From the NCBI GenBank assembly GCA_963760035.1, contig CAVXBR010000011.1, forward strand, positions 365 through 64,364: a stretch of DNA of 64,000 nucleotides, given 5' to 3'. The notes below the pieces were generated by a model that saw only the letters and a list, made by a program, of their open reading frames with translations, searched no databases and had not been told where the DNA came from. Every line of letters begins with the position of its first letter. Positions within the stretch are counted from its first letter, which is position 1. The stretch comes from an uncultured Candidatus Micrarchaeota archaeon. GTDB lineage: Archaea > Micrarchaeota > Micrarchaeia > Micrarchaeales > Micrarchaeaceae. Shown here one piece after another: positions 18,242 to 26,246 of this stretch. The position numbers were made by a program, and so were the translations under genes.

Positions 18242-19528
18242 ATGGATCCAATCCTGATAAACAACCTCTGGGTCATAATAGCAGGACTTCTTGTTTTTCT
18301 GATGACCATAGCTGTCGGGTTCCTCGAGGTAGGCGAGCTCGGAGAGCGCATGAACAAAAGCCTCTTTAAGACCGCAATAATAACAGGAGGCGCCATATTT
18401 TTCATGGCGTTGGTAGGTTTTAACACTGCTTTCGCCCCGACCATACTTCATGGACTCATAGGAAACCCGCTTTACAACGGGCTTTTCCTTGGAGGATTCT
18501 CCGCCGGCGCTCAGGGGCTTCTTACAGGAGTCTGGTGGTCGATGACATCCAACTACTTTGGTGCTGGCCTCACCACAGGGACCTACTTCCTCTTTGAAGC
18601 CGCCTTCGCTTCCGTTACACTTGCCCTGGTCAGCGTAGTTGTGCTTAGAAAGATGAAGCTCTCAGCCTTTGTATTGTATTCAGTCGTCTACTTCATAGTA
18701 ATCTGGGCGCTTCCGGCGGCTTGGATATGGAATCCGACAGGATGGCTTTACACCATGGGCGTACGCGACTTTGCAGGGGGATTAGTTGTACACGGAGCCG
18801 CGGCAGCCGCTGGACTGGGCATAATGTACCAGATATGGAAGGAGGAGAGGAGGAAGGGCTTCAAGAAAAGCCCCCAGACCAAAGTAAAACTGAGCCAAGG
18901 GTGGCTTGCACTCGGCATATTGCTTCTGTGGGTAGGCTGGTTCGGCTTCAATCCTGGAAGCGTGCTCGCATTCAACAGCAGTGCCATGACGGTGGTGGTG
19001 ACTACCTTCTTGGCGGCTGCATCAGCTATGTTCTCCACAATGGCATTTGAATACATCGCTAAGGTTGGAAAGCCGGACATCCTGTTTTCCGTAAATGGCA
19101 TACTAATCGGACTGATAATAATAACCCCGCTTGCAGGATTCGTCAGTCCAGCCAGTGCGGTGATACTAGGACTTCTGGGAGGCCCGATATTCGTTTATGG
19201 GAACATGTGGTTCAGCAGGAGGAAGTGGTTTGCTGATCCGATAGGGCTCCTACCAGGACATATGGTGGGCGGTCTTTTTGGGGTTGCGATGATTGCGTTC
19301 TTTACCCAGTCACCGTTTGCAATCGCCTCGGGTAACCCAACCCTTCCCAATGGACTCCTGTTCGGAGGGGGAATGACAGCGCTGCATCAGCTTGGGCTTG
19401 AGGTATTCGCAATTGTGGTGGTCATGGCAACCGTATTTGTGCTCTCCTACGTGACCTGTGCAATTATTTCAAAGGCGCTCGGTGGGATAACAACAGATTA
19501 CAAAAAGAGGTCTGTCAGAGGCCGGTAA
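18242..19528 (+). CDS. amt: ammonium transporter
   Basis: About 11 TM helices, with the signature DFAGGLVVHGAAAAAGL and a conserved C-terminal half. 428 aa. Confidence 0.85.
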   Translation: MDPILINNLWVIIAGLLVFLMTIAVGFLEVGELGERMNKSLFKTAIITGGAIFFMALVGFNTAFAPTILHGLIGNPLYNGLFLGGFSAGAQGLLTGVWWSMTSNYFGAGLTTGTYFLFEAAFASVTLALVSVVVLRKMKLSAFVLYSVVYFIVIWALPAAWIWNPTGWLYTMGVRDFAGGLVVHGAAAAAGLGIMYQIWKEERRKGFKKSPQTKVKLSQGWLALGILLLWVGWFGFNPGSVLAFNSSAMTVVVTTFLAAASAMFSTMAFEYIAKVGKPDILFSVNGILIGLIIITPLAGFVSPASAVILGLLGGPIFVYGNMWFSRRKWFADPIGLLPGHMVGGLFGVAMIAFFTQSPFAIASGNPTLPNGLLFGGGMTALHQLGLEVFAIVVVMATVFVLSYVTCAIISKALGGITTDYKKRSVRGR

Positions 19529-20959
19529 TCAGCCCTTTGCTACGCCGAGCGGCACAAGCCTTGCAACGATGTTGGATATCTTGGCTCCTTCTATGCTTGC
19601 GACCACGTCGTCGACGTTTTTGTAGGCCCACTCCGCCTCCTCGCTGATTAGTTTCTTGTTCCTTACCCTGAGTTCAATCCCCTTGCTGCTCAGATCGTCG
19701 AGGGTCCTTGAGGCAGGGATGTCTCTTATTGCCTGGTGCCTTGACATCACCCGTCCTGACCCATGACAGGACGAACCAAATGTCTCTTTCATTGCTTCTT
19801 CCCTCCCGGCGAGGATATAGCTTGCGCTCCCCATGCTGCCCGGTATTATTACAGGCTGGCCGAACGCCTTGTAAATGTCAGGTATCTGTTTGTGGTGGGG
19901 GCCGAACGCCCTTGTGGCACCCTTTCTGTGTATGTAGACTTTTCTCCTCTTCCCATCAACCTCATGCTCTTCCAACTTGGCTATGTTGTGGGCTACGTCG
20001 TAGAGGAGCTCCATGCCTAACTTGTCGGGGTCCCTGCCGAACACCTCCTTGAAGCCCTTCCTGATGGAGTGGGTCATTATCTGCCTATTCGTGAACGCAA
20101 AGTTCACTGCCGCCTTCATTGCCGCCAGATAATCGTTTGCCGGTTTTGTACCTATGAATGCGTAGCAGAGTTCCGGATCGGGAGGCACTATGTTCTCCTG
20201 CTTCTGGTACTCCGAGAATATCTTAAGATAATCACTGCAGATTTGGTGGCCGAACCCTCTTGAACCGCTGTGGATCATGATTGTCACTTGGTCTTTTTCA
20301 AGGCCATAGCCTTTTGCAATCTCTTTAGAAAGAATGCTGTCAACGCGTTGTACTTCAACAAAGTGATTTCCGGCGCCCAGTGTACCTAGCTCGTGGACAC
20401 CGCGCTTCCTTGCAAAGTCGCTGACCTTTGATACATCGGCACCTTCCAGGACCCCGTGTTCCTCTATTCTTTCGAGGTCGCTTTCGAAGCCGAAGCCCTT
20501 TTTTATCATGTACTCAGCGCCTTCCTCGTTGACCCTGTCAAGATCAGTCTTCGTGAATCCGAGGTTTATTCTGCTGCCTACGCCGCTCGGCACATTCTTG
20601 AATAGGTGGTCCATCAACTGTGAAAGCTTCGGTTTTATTTCCTTGAATGTGAGATTGGTTTTGATTAGACGGACACCGCAGTTGATGTCGTAGCCCACGA
20701 CCCCAGGTGATATTATTCCATCCTCGGCGTCAAATGCAGCGACACCTCCGACAGGGAAGCCGTATCCCTCGTGGCCATCCGGCATGACTAGAAGGTTCTT
20801 GACTATCTTAGGAAGCTTTGCGGCGTTCCCGGCCTGCTTCAGCGTCCTGTCGTTTGTCATGCTCTTGGCTATCTTCTCGTTTGCGTATATCCTTACGGGG
20901 ACGTTCGCGCCTGTCTCTTCGGGCGGGATTTCCCAGACGAAGTCAGAAAGCTTATTCAT
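19529..20959 (-). CDS. rtcB: RNA 3'-phosphate ligase RtcB (tRNA-splicing ligase)
   Basis: PDGHEGYGFPVGG, HSGSRGFGHQ and SCHGSGR motifs. 476 aa. Confidence 0.9.
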   Translation of the reverse strand: MNKLSDFVWEIPPEETGANVPVRIYANEKIAKSMTNDRTLKQAGNAAKLPKIVKNLLVMPDGHEGYGFPVGGVAAFDAEDGIISPGVVGYDINCGVRLIKTNLTFKEIKPKLSQLMDHLFKNVPSGVGSRINLGFTKTDLDRVNEEGAEYMIKKGFGFESDLERIEEHGVLEGADVSKVSDFARKRGVHELGTLGAGNHFVEVQRVDSILSKEIAKGYGLEKDQVTIMIHSGSRGFGHQICSDYLKIFSEYQKQENIVPPDPELCYAFIGTKPANDYLAAMKAAVNFAFTNRQIMTHSIRKGFKEVFGRDPDKLGMELLYDVAHNIAKLEEHEVDGKRRKVYIHRKGATRAFGPHHKQIPDIYKAFGQPVIIPGSMGSASYILAGREEAMKETFGSSCHGSGRVMSRHQAIRDIPASRTLDDLSSKGIELRVRNKKLISEEAEWAYKNVDDVVASIEGAKISNIVARLVPLGVAKG

Positions 20960-21033
20960 AGTAGGACCTTAGGATTCAATAGTATTGATTTGCTGTGGTT
21001 AAAAAGCTTTTGCGACTAAACTATAGTATCAAA

Positions 21034-21105
21034 GGGCTCGTGGCTCAGTAGTAGAGCGCGTCGTTCGCAACGACGAGGCCGCGGGTGCGATTCCCGCCGA
21101 GTCCA
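21034..21105 (+). tRNA. tRNA-Ala (anticodon CGC), no encoded CCA
   Basis: Hand-folded cloverleaf: acceptor GGGCUCG/CGAGUCC with the G3:U70 alanine identity pair, anticodon stem CGUCG/CGACG, loop UUCGCAA, T arm GCGGG-UGCGAUU-CCCGC. Confidence 0.85.
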
Positions 21106-21168
21106 TTTACATTGAGTAGCTGTTTCTCACCTAACTCCTTTATATAACTTTGCTTTCAAAATAGGTAT

Positions 21169-22374
21169 ATGGCTAGAAAGCATTCGGCCGAACCGATTCT
21201 GTCGAGGGTAAGGAACAATCCTAGGATACTAAAGGCCAACAAAAAGGCGCTTGAGGATCTGGTGGCCTACATGCAGGCCAACGGGATAAAACAGACAACG
21301 ATAGCCAAGAACGTCTACTGCATGGAAAAGTTCATAAACGCAATAGACCCGAAGGTAAATCTGGTCAAGGCGGAGAGGCAGGACATAGAGAGGGCGGTGG
21401 CGAAGATAGTATCGTCTGATCTCTCGGAGGAGACGAAGAGAGCCATACGCGTGGTAATCAAGTCGTTCTATAAACACTTTATAGGGGAGGATCTGTACTA
21501 CCCGAAGCAAATTGCCTGGATAAAGACGACCGTTAACAAGAACAGGAAGTTCCTGCCTGAAGACATACTAAATGAGGAAGATATAGCGAAGCTGCTCGAT
21601 GCGGCGCCCAACCCCAGGGACAGGGCGGTAATAGCCCTGCTATTCGATTCCGGGATGAGGGCAGGTGAGCTCCTTTCCTTGAGAAGGAAGGACGTGGAAC
21701 TTGAAGGCAAGACCGGACATGTAACTGTCATGGGAAAGACAGGAGCCAGGAGGATACCGATACTATTCAGCGTACCATTCATCGGGCAGTGGTTGGACAT
21801 GAAGAAGGAGCTGTCTGGATCAGCCCCCCTCTGGGTAAGCATAGGAAGCTGGTCGAACAAAAACCAGGCCATGGACTACTCCGGGCTCAGGATGATGCTC
21901 AAAAAGCTCACGCTGAAGGCCAAGATAGACAAGAGGGTGTACCCGCACCTCTTCAGGCACAGCAGGGCCTCGAACTACGCTAATATGCTGACAGAACAGC
22001 AGCTCAAGGCCTACTTCGGGTGGACAGGAGACAGCAAGATGACCGCTACATATGTCCACTTATCGGGTAGGGATATAGACAACGCGATACTGAAGGCCAA
22101 CAACATGCAGCCTAAGGAGGAGGCCCAGGAACAGAAGCTCGCCTACAGGCCCTGCCCCAAATGCAGGGAAATAAATGGCATCGCTTCTAGATTCTGTACT
22201 AGATGCGGAGGGGCTATGGATGTGGCAATCGGATTGAAGGAGGAAGCGCTTGATGAGGCAGCGAGGAGAGGAGTGGCAAAGGGCATCGAGGATCCTTCAG
22301 TTGTAGAGAGGGCTCTTGAAAAAGTGGTAGAGGGGATTAGGAAAAAGAGGAACAGAAAAGAGATAGTTAGATAG
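21169..22374 (+). CDS. tyrosine recombinase/integrase with C-terminal zinc ribbon
   Basis: Catalytic residues in DSGMRAGEL (Arg), HLFRHSRAS (H-x-x-R) and ATYVHLS (Tyr). Has a CPKC...CTRCG ribbon and sits next to a tRNA gene. Confidence 0.8.
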   Translation: MARKHSAEPILSRVRNNPRILKANKKALEDLVAYMQANGIKQTTIAKNVYCMEKFINAIDPKVNLVKAERQDIERAVAKIVSSDLSEETKRAIRVVIKSFYKHFIGEDLYYPKQIAWIKTTVNKNRKFLPEDILNEEDIAKLLDAAPNPRDRAVIALLFDSGMRAGELLSLRRKDVELEGKTGHVTVMGKTGARRIPILFSVPFIGQWLDMKKELSGSAPLWVSIGSWSNKNQAMDYSGLRMMLKKLTLKAKIDKRVYPHLFRHSRASNYANMLTEQQLKAYFGWTGDSKMTATYVHLSGRDIDNAILKANNMQPKEEAQEQKLAYRPCPKCREINGIASRFCTRCGGAMDVAIGLKEEALDEAARRGVAKGIEDPSVVERALEKVVEGIRKKRNRKEIVR

Positions 22375-22378
22375 TATT

Positions 22379-23230
22379 TTGGTGCTGAAGAGAGTAAGCA
22401 GACAAGGTGTTAGCGTGGAAGAAGATTATCCCCCTTTGATAGGCAACTACCTCAAATTCTGCCAATACAGAGCAGAGATGGAAAAGAGCGGTATCCTAAA
22501 TCTTACAGATGTCGAATGGTTTTACCCCACAACCCTGCTCCCCCTGTTCAACCTTGTACAGCCTAAAGGGTTCACCCATAAACACCTTCTTCCAAAGGAT
22601 AAGACTGCAAGAAGCTATTTTTCTTACATCATGGAGGATAGGGACGTTCATAAAGCGAGCACTGCAATACCGATAATACAGGCCGAGAGACTCAGCAACT
22701 CTTATGTGGATAGGATATACTCTCTGATAATACACCGTGATGGACATCAGAACATCAAGACCGCCATAAAATACATAATAAACGAAATAGTGGCAAATAT
22801 AGACGAGCATTCGGGATGCAACAACTCCATATTCATGGCGCAGAGCTATCCGAAGAAGGGGTTCTCTGAGATCGCATTTTTTGATAATGGCGTAACAATA
22901 CCAGGGCGTTTCAGGGCAGCAGGTAAACTCAGGCCGGATATGAGTGATTCGGATGCGATAAAATGCGCGATTGACGGCGTATCCACCAAGCCAGAAGGTG
23001 GCAGGGGACACGGACTGCCCAGCACAACAAAGATACTCAAGGCCATGAACAGCGATATCCTTGTCGTCTCTGGAGCCGGGGCAGCCTATTTGAACGGAAC
23101 AGATAAATATCTTAAAGAGGATAAGTTGTATATGCTGGGAGCGGATAGGGCGCTGAACGGCACGATTATATCCTTTAGGATATACCATCCCATAATGGCG
23201 GTGAACATATACGAAGGGGGCTACCTATGA
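22379..23230 (+). CDS. GHKL (histidine-kinase-like) ATPase-fold protein
   Basis: N-box-like EIVANIDEHS, G1-like FFDNGVTIPG, G2-like GGRGHGLPS. The start codon is uncertain (TTG/GTG at 22379-22384). Confidence 0.5.
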   Translation: MVLKRVSRQGVSVEEDYPPLIGNYLKFCQYRAEMEKSGILNLTDVEWFYPTTLLPLFNLVQPKGFTHKHLLPKDKTARSYFSYIMEDRDVHKASTAIPIIQAERLSNSYVDRIYSLIIHRDGHQNIKTAIKYIINEIVANIDEHSGCNNSIFMAQSYPKKGFSEIAFFDNGVTIPGRFRAAGKLRPDMSDSDAIKCAIDGVSTKPEGGRGHGLPSTTKILKAMNSDILVVSGAGAAYLNGTDKYLKEDKLYMLGADRALNGTIISFRIYHPIMAVNIYEGGYL

Positions 23231-23547
23231 TACGAAATAGTGTGATAAAGGTAAGCGAGAGAATCGCGGACAACTTGGGTACTCGTAGGGCCGCAGACGA
23301 GCTGTTTGAATTTGTGGAAGCTGCTCCGCAGGAAAGCGTAACTTTGGACTTCAAAGGCGTCACATTTATGAGCAGGTCATTCGCACATCAGTATCTCACC
23401 AATAAGAAAAATGCGGACAAAAAGATTCTGGAGAAAAACATCGCATCTGTGGTAAAGAAGATGATAGCTGTTGTGAAGAAACAGGGCAATAGCAGCTATG
23501 GCAATGGCAGTCCGAGCTCGTTTCCTGTAGCTGCAGAGAGGCTGTAG
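23227..23547 (+). CDS. STAS-like (DUF4325-type) small protein
   Basis: ATGA overlap with the upstream ATPase gene. VTLDFKGVTFMSRSFAHQY resembles the DUF4325/STAS pattern commonly paired with GHKL ATPases. Confidence 0.4.
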   Translation: MIRNSVIKVSERIADNLGTRRAADELFEFVEAAPQESVTLDFKGVTFMSRSFAHQYLTNKKNADKKILEKNIASVVKKMIAVVKKQGNSSYGNGSPSSFPVAAERL

Positions 23548-23589
23548 TTCAATCTTGATTATATCTTTTTGCAGTGGCAGGAAGGGCCC

Positions 23590-24006
23590 TCAGGCCCCTC
23601 CCAGTTTCCTCTGCTTCTCTTGCTCTCTGTCTTTCCTGGCATACCCCTCCATGGCCATCTTCCCGGCCAGAACTGCAACGTCAGTCAGCTCCCTGCTTAT
23701 CGCCAGGTTGTGCTCCCTATCCGGAAAGGAATGCACATCCTTCAGTATATACTCCGCATGGTATATCGCGATATCCGCCTTAGCGAAGAGTTCTTTCGCT
23801 CTCCCGAACTTGAATATTCTTTCCTTCACAAAATATTCCAGGTTCCTTGTCATGTGTATTTGGTAAGGGATCTCCGGGAGAACCCTCGCGAACTGCTGGC
23901 CTTCAACGGGCTGCTCGAACATGGCAGCCAGGCCAATAAGTCTTTCCGAAAACTCGGAAAGCCTATCATAAGCGCTAGATTTGTTGTTTTTGGTCATGAA
24001 TATCAC
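23590..24006 (-). CDS. hypothetical helical protein, paralogue of 24007..24582
   Basis: YDRLSEFSERLIGLAAM...IPYQIHMTRNLEYFVKERIF aligns with YDRLSELSESLFALSSL...MTYTIHAIRTKEYYLRERIF in the neighbouring gene. Confidence 0.4.
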   Translation of the reverse strand: MIFMTKNNKSSAYDRLSEFSERLIGLAAMFEQPVEGQQFARVLPEIPYQIHMTRNLEYFVKERIFKFGRAKELFAKADIAIYHAEYILKDVHSFPDREHNLAISRELTDVAVLAGKMAMEGYARKDREQEKQRKLGGA

Positions 24007-24582
24007 TTATTTGAGTAGCCTCGCAGAGAGCCATGACAGCCAGTCCTGTACCTTTCCTACAATATAATTGGCCGTGCAGGTCTGGTTATCAGAACCACTC
24101 GGAGGTGTGACTGCTGGTTTTTCCCCGTTCAGGCTCATCTGCGTTCCTTTCGTCACGCCATTGCTTGTCCGTCCTTCGGCTGCCATCGTTTTGACGCTGC
24201 CGGCCGCATCCCTTACCAGCTCGCTTACGCTCTCGAGATTGCTGGTGTTCAGATCTTCGTCCGCATCTGTTATGCTTATCACGTACTCCGCATCGGATAG
24301 GGCCTTGTCCACCTCATTGAAGACCACATCCGCTTTCAGCGAAGTGAATATCCTCTCCCTGAGGTAGTACTCCTTGGTCCTGATTGCATGAATCGTATAG
24401 GTCATCCGTGGCGAGACCTTGTCGAACTGGCCTTCCTTTGAAGATAGCCCCAATAGTGAAGACAGGGCAAAGAGGCTCTCCGATAGTTCCGAGAGTCTGT
24501 CGTAAATAGTAGGTTTGTTGTCCAAATAATCACCAAGACGCGCATGGCGACGGCTAACAGTAGTCGTATAGTGGTAGGTCAA
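24007..24582 (-). CDS. hypothetical helical protein, paralogue of 23590..24006
   Basis: See the paralogue. The two genes abut with no gap (stop at 24007, next start at 24006). Confidence 0.4.
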   Translation of the reverse strand: MTYHYTTTVSRRHARLGDYLDNKPTIYDRLSELSESLFALSSLLGLSSKEGQFDKVSPRMTYTIHAIRTKEYYLRERIFTSLKADVVFNEVDKALSDAEYVISITDADEDLNTSNLESVSELVRDAAGSVKTMAAEGRTSNGVTKGTQMSLNGEKPAVTPPSGSDNQTCTANYIVGKVQDWLSWLSARLLK

Positions 24583-24741
24583 AATTGTAGAGAGGTGACT
24601 GAGGTTACGTCGTAATTGCAGAAAGAGCTTAAGCTAACTCATATGACCCCGATACCGATAATGACCCAGAAGAAGTGGCGTTTGTATAGCGTGCCGCGCG
24701 TTTTGTAGTATTATATTGGTGATAAAAGTTAAATAGCTTTC

Positions 24742-25632
24742 TCAGGATTTTGAAATTCCGACTTTGACCTGCTCCTCCAATTTGGCGATCGTGACATTCA
24801 GGTACTCCGCCACCGACTCGTCCAGAGGCATCAGCGCATCTCCGAGGCGGATCGTGGCCTTCTTTGAGGCCTGCTTTTCAGTGACCCCGATCTCGCGCAG
24901 CCCTTTCTTGGTCTCTGAAACCCACTTACCTAGCTCTTTCTCCCTCTTGACCTTCAAGTATTCAACGTACGTGCCCATGGCGCTTATGCCCCACTCGCAT
25001 TTCCTGCCTAGCCTGCTGTTCACCGCCCCGTAGAACTGCATCTCAGCCCTCAGATCACCTATATCAGCACCTATAATCTCCGAAATTTCCGCCGCATGCT
25101 TCAGCCAGAGACCCCTGAACTTGGCGTTGAGGTAGTAGAACTTCCTTCCGCTCGGCATCTCCCTTGTCTCCATGAAGTTGGAGTAGAACATGGCCAGGTT
25201 CTCCAATATGCTCTGGACCGTCATGCCGTTTATGACTATGGACGCTTTCCTCTTCTTCGGCACAGCCTTGTGGAACATGTCCGACAGCGACTTGATCACC
25301 CACTCCTTGTCCTCCGCTGTTTGAGTATACATCGCCTGCGCCTTTTCCAGAGAGTTTGATACCTCCTCAGGTGTCAGCCATTTGCCCCGCCCACTTGACA
25401 GCAGATCGAGCATCATCGTTAGATCTAAGAGTACAATATTGGACTTCACGTTGTCTAGCACCATGCTCAGGTATTCCTTCCTCACCGCCTCCGCATGCAT
25501 CGGGACCCCTTTACTGGCTAGTATTCCCACTATCACCCGCTCCCTGCTCAGCAGGGCTGCAGGCATGCTGCTCGGATTTGATGAATACATCGCAAGCGCG
25601 TCGATCTTTGTTATCGCATCCTTTCCCTTCAT
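24742..25632 (-). CDS. hypothetical protein
   Basis: 296-aa ORF preceded by a TATTTAAAT box at 25664-25673. Confidence 0.4.
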   Translation of the reverse strand: MKGKDAITKIDALAMYSSNPSSMPAALLSRERVIVGILASKGVPMHAEAVRKEYLSMVLDNVKSNIVLLDLTMMLDLLSSGRGKWLTPEEVSNSLEKAQAMYTQTAEDKEWVIKSLSDMFHKAVPKKRKASIVINGMTVQSILENLAMFYSNFMETREMPSGRKFYYLNAKFRGLWLKHAAEISEIIGADIGDLRAEMQFYGAVNSRLGRKCEWGISAMGTYVEYLKVKREKELGKWVSETKKGLREIGVTEKQASKKATIRLGDALMPLDESVAEYLNVTIAKLEEQVKVGISKS

Positions 25633-25663
25633 TTCATCCCTTGGAGATATTATGAATCCAAAG

Positions 25664-25673
25664 GTATTTAAAT
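25664..25673 (-). promoter_or_regulatory. TATA box (GTATTTAAAT) for 24742..25632
   Basis: Lies 32-41 nt upstream of the ATG at 25632 and is flanked by the direct repeat TATGAATCC / TAATGAATCC. Confidence 0.45.
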
Positions 25674-25779
25674 TATCATAATGAATCCTAACTTTTACTA
25701 AAATAAATGGATTTTGATAGAAAGTTATTTATATTAACATTATGATAAATCATTACAACCAAAAGGTTGGGTGAGAAAA

Positions 25780-25968
25780 ATGCCGGATCTCGAAAGACGC
25801 ATCGTCGTCTATCTAGACGATGAACTGTCGAAATGGCTGGATGGAAAAGCCCAGGAGGGCTACAAGAAGGCGGCATTCGTGAGGCGCCTGATGGAGAGAC
25901 AGTGGAAGCATGAGAAGGTCGTCCTGGAGCAAGGTCAGCGAGGGCTGGAGACGGGTGTCGCATCATGA
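25780..25968 (+). CDS. ribbon-helix-helix (CopG-like) protein
   Basis: RRIVVYLDDELSKWLDGKAQEGYKKAAFVRRLME fits the RHH pattern. The ATG at 25780 is preferred over the GTG at 25771. ATGA overlap with the next ORF. Confidence 0.45.
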   Translation: MPDLERRIVVYLDDELSKWLDGKAQEGYKKAAFVRRLMERQWKHEKVVLEQGQRGLETGVAS

Positions 25969-26246
25969 AGGAGCTCGGAGCAGCTGGCCAACCCGCGGGC
26001 GCCACAGGCCCGGTACCGGACTCGGAGGTGGAGGCGTTCGCCGATGCGATAGTCTTCTATCTCGAGCACCCGGAAGCGATCCATGACGAGTTTCTGAAGG
26101 CGTTCATGGACGGCGCGAGGATCCGGGTGGAGCGGCTGGTGAAGGAGCAGGATGCAGTAGAGGAGGCGGCGAAAGCCGCCCCTCCCTCTATCTCATTTAT
26201 GCTAAATTGCATTATCAAATTTGGGTTATGTTTGGTGGGAATATGA
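25965..26246 (+). CDS. hypothetical protein
   Basis: Translationally coupled on both sides (ATGA at 25965 and 26243). Confidence 0.3.
   Translation: MKELGAAGQPAGATGPVPDSEVEAFADAIVFYLEHPEAIHDEFLKAFMDGARIRVERLVKEQDAVEEAAKAAPPSISFMLNCIIKFGLCLVGI

Noticed and set aside
18139-18451. Minus-strand ORFs 18139..18444 and 18203..18451
   Set aside because: They overlap the amt promoter and 5' coding region, whereas amt has strong family motifs.
23590-24582. The two small helical paralogues as the missing DGR accessory protein Avd
   Set aside because: They lack the Avd/23S-IVS four-helix-bundle sequence pattern (no NIAEG-like motif). They lie 5 kb away, separated from the DGR cassette by several genes on the opposite strand, including the ATPase gene.
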